Below the pieces are notes generated by a model. That model was not told where the DNA came from, ran no database searches, and worked only from the letters and a program-made list of their open reading frames with translations. A program made the translations under genes and the position numbers. Below, one piece after another: positions 1-11,911 of a DNA stretch of 64,000 nucleotides (its first letter is position 1; the number at the start of each line of letters is the position of its first letter). Where the stretch lies: positions 1 to 64,000 of the forward strand of contig CAVUCU010000005.1 of assembly GCA_963740085.1 (NCBI GenBank), written 5' to 3'. Source of the DNA: Nitrospirota bacterium (GTDB taxonomy: Bacteria; Nitrospirota; UBA9217).

Positions 1-451
1 CCGCCTGCGGCTGCAGCAGCAGCACCTCGACGTGGCGCACGGTGGCCGATCCGAGCGGCGGCGCCGACACGAGGGCCAACAGGCGCGTCACCTCCGACAG
101 CATCTCGGTCGTCGCCTGGAGCGCCGCGTCGACCTCGCTGCGGGCGGAGCTCAGGTCCAGCGGGAAGCCTTCCGGGTGCGGATCGAGCCGCTCGAGCAGC
201 CGGTCGGCGTAGTAGCGGTACCCGCGCTCGGTCGGGATCCGGCCCGCGGAGGTGTGCGGGTGCGTCAGCAGGCCGCGGCTCTCGAGCTCCGCGAGCTCGG
301 CACGAACCGTCGACGGCGAGGCGTGGAGGCCGGTCCGCTCGAGGAGCGTCCGCGAGCCGACCGGCTGGCCGGTCGCGACGTACGCCTCGACGACGCCTCG
401 CAGGATCGCTGCCTGGCGGGCGGTGAGCTCGGGTTCGGTGACCTGCTGCAT
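1..451 (-). CDS. hrcA: Heat-inducible transcription repressor HrcA, N-terminal part (runs off the window edge; absent from the ORF track)
   Basis: Manual translation from ATG at 451: MQQVTEPELTARQAAILRGVVEAYVATGQPVGSRTLL...SPSTVRAELAELESRGLLTHPHTSAGRIPTERGYRYYAD. This is the HrcA wHTH/PHTSAGR motif, in the usual lepA-hemW-hrcA order. Confidence 0.92.
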   Translation of the reverse strand, partial: MQQVTEPELTARQAAILRGVVEAYVATGQPVGSRTLLERTGLHASPSTVRAELAELESRGLLTHPHTSAGRIPTERGYRYYADRLLERLDPHPEGFPLDLSSARSEVDAALQATTEMLSEVTRLLALVSAPPLGSATVRHVEVLLLQPQA

Positions 452-467
452 AGCCTTTGCAGGGATT

Positions 468-1598
468 TTACGCCAGCAGGTCCGCGGTAACGCCTCCGCC
501 GAGGAAGCGGCCGCGCTCCGTCAGCGACAGCTCGCGCCCCGCCTCGGTCTCCTCCGCGTGCACGAGGCCGAGCCGCTCGAGGCGATCGAGCGCGCGCGAG
601 TCCACGGCCCCCTCGAGCCCGCCGAGCGCGAAGCGGCTCGTCGAGCCGCAGCCCCAGCATCACCCGCTCGCCCTCGCGGACCTCCTGCGGAAGCTCCTCG
701 AGCTCCCGCGGCGACCGCGAGCCGGCGGCGAGCGCCGCGAGGTAGCCGCCCAGGCTCGGCGTCACGCGCCAGCGCCGACCATCGATTGTCGAAACCGCGC
801 CGATCCCGAGGCCGAGGTAGTCCCGGCCGCGCCAGTAGGCGAGGTTGTGCCTCGAGCGCAGGTCGCGCCCGCCCGGGAGGTGCGCCGGCCGGCAGAAGTT
901 CGCCGTCTCGTACCAGCGATAGCCGGCCACCGTGACGCGCGCGACGACGTGCTCGAAGTACGACTCCATCGCCTCGGCCTGGCGCGCCAGCTCCGCGCCG
1001 TGCGCGTGGGTGAAACGCGTCCCGGGCTTCGCCTCCAGCTCGTAGCAGGAGAGATGCTCGGGCTCCAGCGCGAGAGCGTCGCTCAGGTCGGCATCGAGGT
1101 CGGCGGCGCTCTGGCCGGGAATCCCGTAGATGAGGTCGAGCGAGATGTTGTCAAATCCGGCATCACGGAGAGCGTAGACGGCACGCCGGACGTCGTCAGG
1201 GCCGGCCCGTCGCTCGAGCACCGAGAGGAGGTGCGGGCGGAAGCTCTGGGCGCCGAGCGAGACGCGGTTCACGCCGCCCCGCCGCAGCAGCTGGGCCAGC
1301 TCCGGGGTCACCGTCTCCGGGTTTGCCTCGACCGTCACCTCGTCGGCAGACGGCAACGCGCGCAGCAGCCGCTCGAGCTCTGTGGCTCCGGTGAACGTCG
1401 GGGTCCCGCCGCCAAGGAAGACGCTCTCCAGCCGCGGCGCGAGGGCGCCCCGCTCGAGCGCCAGCTCCGCGAGCAGCGCGTCGACGTAGGCGGCGTGCTG
1501 CCCGGACCGGCCCTCAACGGTCACGAAGTCGCAGTAACCGCAGCGCGACGCGCAGAACGGCAAGTGCACGTAGAGGTGCCCGACCGAGCCGGCGCTGG

Positions 1599-1602
<4 letters not shown>
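468..1602 (-). CDS. hemW: Radical SAM heme chaperone HemW (HemN-like), one frameshift near 630
   Basis: [39 protein letters not shown] and YETANF motifs. GTG start overlaps the lepA stop. The C-terminus ...[18 protein letters not shown] continues in another frame to TAA at 468. Confidence 0.88.
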
Positions 1603-3386
<1,784 letters not shown>

Positions 3387-3398
3387 GGACTCCTGAGC

Positions 3399-3893
3399 CT
3401 AGCCGCGGTCGAGCCGCATCAGCCGGTGCGGTTTCCCCTCTTCTTCCACGTCGCGCTCGTGCCGGAAGCCGGCTTTCTCGAAGGCCCGCCACGAGCGGCG
3501 GTTTGCCTCCGCGACGGAGGCGACGCACGCGTGCGTCTCCGGCCGCGCAAAGACGACCTCGCGCGCGAACTGCTCGAGGATCTCCACTCCGAGCCCACGG
3601 CCGAGCAGCTCCTGTTCGCCGATCAGCAGGTCGATCCCGGCGACGCCCTCGCCGACCTGCACGACTGACTCCCACTCGGGGTAGTCGCTCACGAGGTACG
3701 TCTGGATCATCCCGACGGGCCGGCCGTCGATGGAGATCAGGTAGTTGGCGGTCGGATCGCGTCCGGCGAGCGCGTCCTCGTAGTGGGCGAGGCTCATGTC
3801 GGGCTCGCGCCACCACTGCCGCACGTGCGGCCGCCGGAGCCATTCGGCGAGCAGCGGCAGGTCTTCGCGGACCAGGGGCTCGAAGGCGATCAC
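3399..3893 (-). CDS. GNAT acetyltransferase, AAC(6')-Ib/Acetyltransf_8-like
   Basis: C-terminal 164 aa of the 3399..5744 track ORF: WLRRPHVRQWW, PVGMIQTY, GIDLLIGE, GRGLG and NRRSWRAFEKAGF. GTG at 3893 overlaps the murJ stop. Confidence 0.8.
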   Translation of the reverse strand: MIAFEPLVREDLPLLAEWLRRPHVRQWWREPDMSLAHYEDALAGRDPTANYLISIDGRPVGMIQTYLVSDYPEWESVVQVGEGVAGIDLLIGEQELLGRGLGVEILEQFAREVVFARPETHACVASVAEANRRSWRAFEKAGFRHERDVEEEGKPHRLMRLDRG

Positions 3894-5464
3894 GTCCCGC
3901 GCCGGCGGAGCGAGAGCAACGCCTGGAGCTCGCGCACTCCGAGCGTCCGGCAGGCGAGCCCGTACGCGGCCACGCTCGCGAGGATGGCGACGCCCAACGA
4001 GACGATCTGCGCACCGAGCGAGCGGCCCAGGCCGGAATCGAGGCCGCGCCAGGCGCCGTAGGAGACAACCGCGACGACCGCCGACGCGAGCACGATCTTC
4101 AGGAACGCGCGGCCGGTCTCGGCGAGCTCCATCCGGCCGAGCCGGCGGCGCAGCAGCTCGAGCAGCGCGAACGTCCCGGCGATGTTCACGAACGTCGTCG
4201 AGAGCGGGATTCCCCACGTGCCGAACCGGTAGAAGGCCGCGTCGAGCACCGCGTTCAGGCCGAGGTTCGCGAGCGCGACCGCCGTCGGGATCCACGGCGA
4301 CTGCAGGCTGAAGAACGCGCGGTTGAGCATCAGCATCGTCCCGTTGAAGGTCAGCCCCGCCGCGAAGGCCGCGAGCGCGCCGGCGACGACGTGCGTCTGG
4401 TGGGGCCCGAACTGGCCACGCTGGTAGAGCAGGCGCACGATCGGCTCGGCGAGCACGGCCGAGATCACGCTCGCCGGGACGAGCAGGAAGGCGATCTGGC
4501 GCAGGCCGAGCCCGACCATGTGGCGGAAGCCGTCCAGATCGCCGCGCGCAGCGAGGCGCGAGAGCGAGGGAAACAGCACGGTCGCGACCGCGACGGAGAA
4601 CATCCCTTGCGGAAGCATGTACACCCGGAAGGCCTTGTCGATCGCGGTCGGCGCCAGCTCTGGATCGATCAGGCGCGAGGCGAAGATCGAGTCGACGACG
4701 AGGTTGAAGTTGATCAGCCCGAGCCCGATCGTCACCGGGACCATCAGCACGAACACGCGTCTGACGGCAGGGTCGCGCCAGTCGAGCACCATCTGCAGCC
4801 GTCCGTCGAGCCCTCGTAACCACGGAATCGGCAGTAACACCTGGATCACGGTGCCGACCACGATCGAGATCGCGTAGACGTAGAGCTTCGCGCTCATCGT
4901 GTCGGCGTGGGGCACGCCGAGCACCAGGCCGACGATGATCGCGAGGTTCCAGAAGACCGGCGTCAGGGCGGGCACGGTGAAGTGCTCGTAGCTGTTCAGG
5001 ATCCCGACGATCACGCCCGAGACGCCGAGCAGCGCGACGATCGGGAAGAGCACGCGTGAGAGGCCGATCGCCAGCTCCTTGTCGCCGCCGGGATTGCCGA
5101 ACGGGGCGATCACCAGCGGCGCGAGCACGATGAAGAGCGCCGTCAGCGCGCCGAGCCCGAGCAGCATCAGCCAGAAGAGGGTCGACGCGACGCGCCACGC
5201 GCGCTTGCGCTCTCCCTTCTCGAGCAGCTCGCTGAAGACCGGGACGAAGGCGGACGAGAGCGCCGCGTCCGCCACCAGCGACCGCACCAGGTTCGGCACC
5301 TGGAACGCAACCGTGAACGCGTTGACCTTGCCTGCGGCGCCGAAGTAGTAGGCGGCGACGACCTCGCGGATCAGACCGAGGATGCGGGAGAGCCCGGTGG
5401 CGAACGCGAAGATCGCCGTCGACCTCGCCAGCCGTCGGCCGCGGGCCGGGCCTCGCTCCTCCAC
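3890..5464 (-). CDS. murJ: Lipid II flippase MurJ (MviN)
   Basis: LSRILGLIREVV, AFQVPNLVR, SAFVPVF and many TM helices; divergent from rpsT as is typical. Start placed at GTG 5464 is uncertain. Confidence 0.95.
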   Translation of the reverse strand: MEERGPARGRRLARSTAIFAFATGLSRILGLIREVVAAYYFGAAGKVNAFTVAFQVPNLVRSLVADAALSSAFVPVFSELLEKGERKRAWRVASTLFWLMLLGLGALTALFIVLAPLVIAPFGNPGGDKELAIGLSRVLFPIVALLGVSGVIVGILNSYEHFTVPALTPVFWNLAIIVGLVLGVPHADTMSAKLYVYAISIVVGTVIQVLLPIPWLRGLDGRLQMVLDWRDPAVRRVFVLMVPVTIGLGLINFNLVVDSIFASRLIDPELAPTAIDKAFRVYMLPQGMFSVAVATVLFPSLSRLAARGDLDGFRHMVGLGLRQIAFLLVPASVISAVLAEPIVRLLYQRGQFGPHQTHVVAGALAAFAAGLTFNGTMLMLNRAFFSLQSPWIPTAVALANLGLNAVLDAAFYRFGTWGIPLSTTFVNIAGTFALLELLRRRLGRMELAETGRAFLKIVLASAVVAVVSYGAWRGLDSGLGRSLGAQIVSLGVAILASVAAYGLACRTLGVRELQALLSLRRRGT

Positions 5465-5540
5465 GCGCCCGAGTATAGGAAGGGGGACTGCTGCTACCAT
5501 CGCCGCGGCCCGCTTTGCGGGCCTTTTCCAACAGCCAGTC

Positions 5541-5807
5541 ATGCCGAACATCAAGCAACAGAAGAAGCGCGTCCGGACCGCGAACGCACAGCGGCTCGAG
5601 AACCTGCGCTACGTCTCGACCGTCAAGACGCTCACCCGGCGGTTGCGCGCCGCTGTGGACGAAGGCGACCAGGAGCGCGTCGAGGCCGAGCACCGCGAGC
5701 TCGTCAGCTGGATCGACAAGGCGACCGCGAGCGGCGCGCTGCACAAGAACGCGGCCGGGCGCAAGAAGGCCCAGGCCGCTCGGCTCGTTTCCGGCGCCGG
5801 CTCCTAG
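5541..5807 (+). CDS. rpsT: 30S ribosomal protein S20
   Basis: MPNIKQQKKRVRT...IDKATASGALHKNAAGRKKAQAAR; 88 aa from ATG 5541. Confidence 0.96.
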   Translation: MPNIKQQKKRVRTANAQRLENLRYVSTVKTLTRRLRAAVDEGDQERVEAEHRELVSWIDKATASGALHKNAAGRKKAQAARLVSGAGS

Positions 5808-5973
5808 CTAGGAGGGTTTGGCGGAACCTTGCTCGTCGCCGGGGTGCGATGGCCGTTCCGAGGCAAGGACGCAGGGAGGCCCAATAGTGGATAGCTATTG
5901 GGCCGACCGAGGACGCGGCCTCGGGGGCGGACAGCGCGGCCCGGCGGCTCAGACCAGGTTTCGTCAAGCCCTC

Positions 5974-6962
5974 CTAGGCTCGAGCCGTCTCTCTGCCGCG
6001 CGTGATGTCCGCGAGGGCGCGCGTGAACTCGAGCTCGCCGGGAAGCGTGCTGCCGCCCTTCAACGCGGCATCGAGCTGCGCGAGCCGGATGACCGCGTCG
6101 TCGAGCTCCTCGTGCGTGAAGTTGTTCGCCTGTTCGTAGAGCTTCTGGATGTAGAAGCGGTTGCGCTTGAGGCGGTCCGCAGCCGCGGCGGGTGGGACGC
6201 CTTGCGCCGCGAGGTGGCGGCAGTCGCGGACCCGGCCGACGTGCGAGACCAGGAGGCCCGTCACGCGCATGAGAACGTCGCGGGGCGCGTCGCCCGAGCG
6301 CTCGACGATGCGCTCGCTCGCGGCGACGGCACCTGCGACGTCGCGGCTGCCCCAGGCGTCGGTCAGGTCGAACGGCGGTGTCTCCGCTCTGGCCGGCACG
6401 AGCTCGGCGATCTCGCGCTCGGTCAGGCGCTCGCCGGCCGCCCACGTGGCGAGCTTGTCGATCTCGGTCGCGAGCTCCTGGGTGTTCTCGCCGACGAGCT
6501 CGACGAGTGCACGGGCCGCATCGGCGTCGATCCGGACTCCGCGCTCGGCGAGCTGCGCCTCGGCCCAGCGCGGCAGGTCGGCCTTGCGGCCGCGCTTCGG
6601 CAGGTCGTAGGCGAGAACCTCGCCGGCCTTCGCGACGGCCTTCGCGAGGGCTGAATCACGCTTGATCTCCTCGCCGTCAACGCCAGCACGGTCGTCGGCG
6701 CCGGGCGGCGGAAGTAGTCCTCGAGGCCCTTCAGGTCGGCGGCCTTCCACCGCTCCACGTTCTCGACGACCACGAGGCGCCGCTCCACGGCGAAGAGCCC
6801 GAGCGCGTTGCAGGCCGCGACGACGTCGTCGGCGTGGGCCTCGAGCGCGCTGAGCGTCTCGGTCGCGTCCTCGCCGACCCGCTCGCGCAGGCGGCGGAGG
6901 GCACGCGTGACCTTGGGCCGGTCGGTGCCGGTGATCAGGTAGACCGCGGCGAGCTCTGCCAC
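5974..6962 (-). CDS. holA: DNA polymerase III delta subunit HolA, one frameshift near 6680
   Basis: N-terminal part VYLITGTD...LGLFAVERRLVVV in one frame; C-terminal part ELATEIDKLATW, PFDLTDAW, LDAALKGG in another. comEC-holA-rpsT synteny. Confidence 0.85.
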
Positions 6963-8395
6963 CGCCGCCAAGCATAGGCGCCGCCGGCGGCCGCGACGCA
7001 GCCCAGGACGAACGCTGCGGGCGCCGAGCGGACCTGCGCTCCAGGCAGACCGCCGAAGAAGCGCGCACAGGCCGCGAGGTAGGCCGCGCACCAGCCGTTG
7101 AGCCAGGCGAGCGCCACCGCTGCCGGGGGAACGCGGCCGCGACCAGCGCGGTAGCGAAGGCGAGGTAGAGCAGCGGCGCGACGGCGAGCTCCGCGAGGGC
7201 GTTGGAGGGCACCGTCACGAGCGGGATCGCGTGGAACTGGAGCCAGAGGATCGGCGCGGTCACGATTCCGCACGCGGACGACACCGCGACGGCCGCCGCC
7301 AGCTTGCGGGCAGCGGGTAGCCCTCGAGCACCGTCAGGAAGCGCGGCACGACCACGAAGATCGCCAGCGACCGCCACGAACGAGAGCTGGAAGCCGGCGT
7401 CGAGCAGCGTCATACGGGTTCCAGGCCAGCAGGACCAGCGCTCCGAAGAGCAGGAAGTACCAGCGGTCGGCCGGACGAGCGGCGAGCCAGGCGAGCGAGC
7501 CGAGCGCGCCGGCGACACCGGCGCGAACGACGGACGGCTGTGGCCCGACCGCGAGCACGTAGCTGCCGATCGCCGCCGAGCGCGGCGAGCTGGCCGACCC
7601 AGCGCGGCAGTCCGAGTGAGCCAGACGAGCGCGAGCGCGCCGGCCGCGACGAGCGCGACGTTCTGGCCCGAGACGGCGAGCAGGTGGTAGAGCCCCGAGG
7701 CGCGGAACCGCTGACGCAGGTTGTCGGAAAGCGCCTGCTCGTCGCCGAGCACGATCCCTTCGACGACAGCGCGGCGCTCCCCGTGGAGACCCGGCGCGAT
7801 CGAGCGGGCAAGCCGCGCGCGCAACGCGTCGGCGACGCCGCCGAGCCCGCCGCGGCGGCCGACCAGCGCCAGCGATCCGCGTGGAGGACGACGTGGATGC
7901 CGCGGCGCTGAGCCACGTGCGCTCGTCGAAGCCGTGCGCCGTCGGCCGCGGCAGCCGCACGGTTGCGATCGCCTCGATGACGGCACCCTGCGGCGGCGCG
8001 CGGCCGAGCGGAAGCTCGAGCAGGACGGGCTCGTGGAACCGCGCTCTGCCGAAGCGCGCGCACGTGCGCGGGAACGCGCAGCTCGAACGGCTCCCGCGCG
8101 CCGGGCCGGTCACGACGAGCCGGGAACGCTCCGCGGTGTCGACGCGCGCTAGCGAGAACGCTGCGGTCGAGCGCGTCGAGCCGCGCGCTACCCCACCACC
8201 AGCCGACGAGGAGGAGCACAGCGACCGCGCAGCCGGCGCCGGCGCGGGCTCGCCGGCTGCGACCGCGGCAAGCGCGAGCGAGCCGGCGACGAGAGCGAGC
8301 GCGAGTACTGAGCAAGCGCGCGGCATTTGCACGCGGCGAGTCCGAGGCAGAGCGCGGCGAGCGTACGCGTGCGGCGACGCGCGCGAGGGGCTCAC
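6935..8395 (-). CDS. comEC: ComEC/Rec2 competence protein (membrane domain only), several frameshifts
   Basis: GIVLGD, FRASGLYHLLAVSGQN, PSVVRAG, LLAWNPY and GFQLSF motifs are spread over three reading frames. Confidence 0.8.
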
Positions 8396-8990
8396 GGCAC
8401 CACCAGGTCGCGCAGCTGCTCGAGCCGCTTCGGGCCGATTCCGGGAACGGCATCGAGCTCGTCGACCGAGCTGAACGCGCCGTGCTGCTGCGGTAGTCGA
8501 GAATCTTCTGCGCGGTCGCGGGGCCGACGCCGGGAGCGAATCGAGCTGCTCGAGCGTCGCGGTGTTGAGCTGCGATCGGCGCCGACGGTGCGCCGGCACT
8601 CGTTCCCGATCCCGTTGCCGCCGGCGCGGCCGCCTCTCCCGCGCAACGGCACGACCACCTGCTCGCCGTCCGCGAGCGGCGCAGCGAGGTTGACCTGGGC
8701 GAGCGCCGCCCTCGCGTCGCCCCGCCGGCGCGGGCGATGGCGTCGGCGATCCGCGCGCCCGTCCGAGAGCCGGTAGAGGCCCGGCGCCGGACCGCCCCGA
8801 CCACGTCGACCACCACCCGCGCGGAGGGGCCGGCCGCACCCGTGCCGAGACCGGTCGGCGGGGGGAGAGGCGCCGCCGGTGTAGTCGTGCCCGCGGGCAG
8901 GAGGAAGCGGGCGCCGAGCAGGAGCAGCACGAACGCGAGGGCAGCGACGAGCAAGAGCTGTCGCCGCCGCTGGAGGAGGAACTCCGCCAT
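8392..8990 (-). CDS. comEA: ComEA DNA-uptake protein (SLBB plus HhH), frameshifted
   Basis: N-terminal TM, VVVDVVGAV, GARIADAIARAGG, VNLAAPLADGEQVVVP, PGVGPATAQKILDYR and ELDAVPGIGPKRLEQL in different frames. Confidence 0.85.
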
Positions 8991-9184
8991 GTCCCGAGCG
9001 TGCCCGAGAAAGTGTCACGCGTGGGTGACGCCTTTGTGCCGAAAGCGCGACGAAATCGGCACACATTCGTGACACGCGCGTGCGCGTGTGCGGCGGTACC
9101 GTCCCTAACCCCCACCCTCCCAGGGGCTCTCGCGCGCGCGTACGCGCGCGCGAAAGAAGTAACGTCACTGAAGTACGCGTGGGG

Positions 9185-9700
9185 CTAAACGACGATGTTG
9201 ACCAGGCGTCCGGGAACGACGATCGTCTGGCGCACCTGCTTGCCGTCCAGGTGAGCCTGGACGCGAGACGACGCGAGCGCGCGCTCGACCAGCTGCTCAT
9301 CCGACTCGCCGACCGAGGCCTCGACGCGGTCGCGGACCTTGCCGTTGACCTGGATCACGAGCTCGAACGTCTCGCGCACGAGCTGCGACTCGTCGGCGAC
9401 GGGCCACGGCTCCTCCCACAGCCGCGAGTGGCCCAGCGCAGCCCACAGCTCCTCGGCCGCATGCGGCGCGTACGGCTGGATCAGAGAAACCGCCGTCTCG
9501 GCCGCGAAGCGCGCGTCCGGCGCGGCCACGTCCCGCGCCAGCTCGTTGACCAACTCCATCACCGCCGCGATCGCCGTGTTGAACGACTCGCGCCGCCCGA
9601 TGTCGTCGGTCACCTTCGCGATCGTCTCGTTGGCCTTGCGCGTCAAAGCCCCGCCCCATCAGCAATACGTTGCCCCTGCACCTCGGCGGCACCATCAGCG
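9185..9700 (-). CDS. leuS: Leucyl-tRNA synthetase, C-terminal fragment truncated at the segment junction
   Basis: FNTAIAAVMELVN, PYAPHAAEELW, WP, VIQVNGKVR and VPGRLVNIVV; leuS-comEA-comEC-holA synteny. No upstream leuS sequence is visible beyond about 9700. Confidence 0.9.
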
Positions 9701-10086
9701 TAGTGCTCACTGAGGCTGTACGAGAGGCTGTGCATGAGCAGGGGGTCGAACACGCTCCGGGCCGTATCGGTCACCGGGAAGATGCTGCCGACCAGTCCCG
9801 TAGAGTGGCCCGTCACGATGAACTGGAGCACTCTCTTGCCGTCGGGCATGGTTTCATCTTTAACCTCCATGATCGCGGTCCCCGCCGTAATGATATTCGA
9901 CCAGCTGACATTGTACGTCAAGGTCTCCCCCGGCTTGAAAGCCAGTATGTGCGGCGGGAGGGCGATCGCAGTAGAAGCTTCTTCGCCGGAAACGGACATG
10001 GGTGCAAGCCCGAGGGCCAGGATAAACAGGACGCAGAGTTTACGAAAAACCGCGAGTGTTGCAATGTTCAATAGATATTTCATAAG
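9700..10086 (-). CDS. Exported DUF3108-like protein, C-terminally truncated at the junction
   Basis: Signal peptide followed by FKPGETLTYNVSWSNIITAGTA...FPVTD, which resembles the DUF3108 N-terminus. Confidence 0.6.
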
Positions 10087-10304
10087 TAAGCCTCTCCACC
10101 TGCCGATCTTCGTCATAGCGAGTACGATCAGAAAAATACATGTTGATATTAATATAAGGTTTTTTTGAGAATATTACAAGAGCGCCATGATGGCCCGGGA
10201 TCGGAGGGCTGGGGAAAAGACCCGGTGGTATAATTGTAAGAGAGGTCCTTTTTCTCCGTGGTTGAATTTTGGCATTACGAGGACTTCTAAAAGGAGATGA
10301 AGAT

Positions 10305-10976
10305 ATGAAAACAAATAAACTAAATAAGATCGGGATAGTCGGATCAGGCCATATCGGGGGAACTCTTGGAATTCTGCTCGCCAAGGCAGGACATGAGGTC
10401 CTCTATAGCTCGAGACATCCCGATACGCTCAAAGACCTTGTCTTGGCCTCCGGGCCCAAAGCCTGCGCCGGGACCGTTGCCGAGGCGATCGCATTTGGAG
10501 ATGTGATCGTGCTGTCGGTTCCGCTCAAGGCCATACCGGAGTTTGACGCCGAAACAAAGGAGGCACTGAAGGGCAAGATCGTGATCGACACGTCGAATCC
10601 GTATCCTGAGAGAGACGGGGTGATCGCGGAAGAGGCAAGAAAAGATCCGGGCGGCATGGGAACTGTTGTGGCCCGTCTTCTGCCGGGTGCAAGGATCGTA
10701 AGGGCCTTCAATACCGTCTATTTTGTAGATCTCAGGAGAACAGTGAACAATGGCGGTGAAAAGATCGGGATCCCGATAGCCGCTGACGATCAGGAAGCGC
10801 TGAAAGCTGCCGTCAAGCTTGTGGAGCATGCGGGTCTTGACCCTGTTGTCGTGGGGGGCTTGAGCACATCAAAATTGTTCGATGTGGGAACCCCTGTGTA
10901 TGCCTCGAGCTTACCGGCGACAAATATCAGGGAGAATTTAAACTTGAAACCTGTCGGTTCAAAGCGGGCGGCTTAG
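10305..10976 (+). CDS. NADPH-dependent F420 reductase-family oxidoreductase
   Basis: KIGIVGSGHIGG Rossmann motif, KIVIDTSNP and IVRAFNT; AAGGAG RBS before ATG 10305. Confidence 0.88.
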   Translation: MKTNKLNKIGIVGSGHIGGTLGILLAKAGHEVLYSSRHPDTLKDLVLASGPKACAGTVAEAIAFGDVIVLSVPLKAIPEFDAETKEALKGKIVIDTSNPYPERDGVIAEEARKDPGGMGTVVARLLPGARIVRAFNTVYFVDLRRTVNNGGEKIGIPIAADDQEALKAAVKLVEHAGLDPVVVGGLSTSKLFDVGTPVYASSLPATNIRENLNLKPVGSKRAA

Positions 10977-11217
10977 CCGGCATGAACAGCGTTGTGGAGG
11001 TGAGGCCATACGGGCCTCACCGTATGCATGATAAAAAAGACTCCCCCCGAACTGGTTCGATTCACGTTCACCTTCATGAGTGGAGTCGAGTGATTTAACC
11101 TCCTCACTTGCTAAAACCCATATGTATGGACCATGAGCTCTGTTCTCTGTGCTTTGCAGGGACCCTCGACCCTGAAGTGCGGGGAATGCCAAGACAAAAA
11201 ACTAACCCCAAGATGCG

Positions 11218-11604
11218 CTAATTCTTGTACCTGATGGCGTTGGCGGTGACGATCTGGCCGCCCTCCATTTCCGAACGGGTCTCACCTACCCGCATTGTCA
11301 TGTCCGAAACAATGACCACGGCATCGGCACCCAAGCGTGCAGCCTCCTGGCGAAGCAGCCGCTCAATTTCCGACACCGGGAGAACCTTCACAGGTTCGAG
11401 GATGATCTGGCCCAGAATCTCGAACGGGCGCTCAGGCTCCGCGCGGAGCACCAGAATAGTCGCCGAATCGGTGGGCGGATACAAAGGCATCCCGACACGA
11501 GGCAGGACGCGGACTACATTTGTTGTCGTGCAAGCAGTCAGGAGCGATACAGATGCAATAAAGATGCTGAGGGCGGCCCATGCCAAAATCTTCATTCTGT
11601 TCAT
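11218..11604 (-). CDS. Hypothetical lipoprotein (YbjQ-like tail)
   Basis: LLTAC lipobox, EAARLGADAVVI motif and GAGGAG RBS. Confidence 0.7.
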   Translation of the reverse strand: MNRMKILAWAALSIFIASVSLLTACTTTNVVRVLPRVGMPLYPPTDSATILVLRAEPERPFEILGQIILEPVKVLPVSEIERLLRQEAARLGADAVVIVSDMTMRVGETRSEMEGGQIVTANAIRYKN

Positions 11605-11911
11605 CGTGCACTCCTCTCAATTTGTCGGACCGGCTCTGGACTCTATCCATAGCGGTCACGGCTACTTATGGCCCCCCGTCAGCAGAAGCATTGAACTCCT
11701 CCGCGCTGACAGAGGATTCTCGCAGTTACAGGAAAAACTACCTCACCCGTGAAGTATGTTTCTCTTATTAGTATAGCGCGGGGGAATAAAGTTGGAAGAC
11801 AAAAAAGGGTTGACCTGATAGTCAAAAAACGTTGGTCCTTACCCTAGGCGCGGCGCCCCTGATGAGTTATACTAAGTATAGTGAAGATGCAGTATTCGAT
11901 AGGAGGTTGCT

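Noticed and set aside
440-480. CIRCE operator before hrcA
   Set aside because: No TTAGCACTC-N9-GAGTGCTAA; the gap between hemW and hrcA is only 16 nt.
3399-5744. 781-aa ORF suggesting a large GNAT fusion
   Set aside because: Only the last 164 aa are protein-like; the rest is an off-frame reading of murJ and antisense rpsT.
5974-7986. Apparent ComEC-HolA fusion (670 aa)
   Set aside because: Produced by indels. The true holA N-terminus and comEC C-terminus are visible in other frames.
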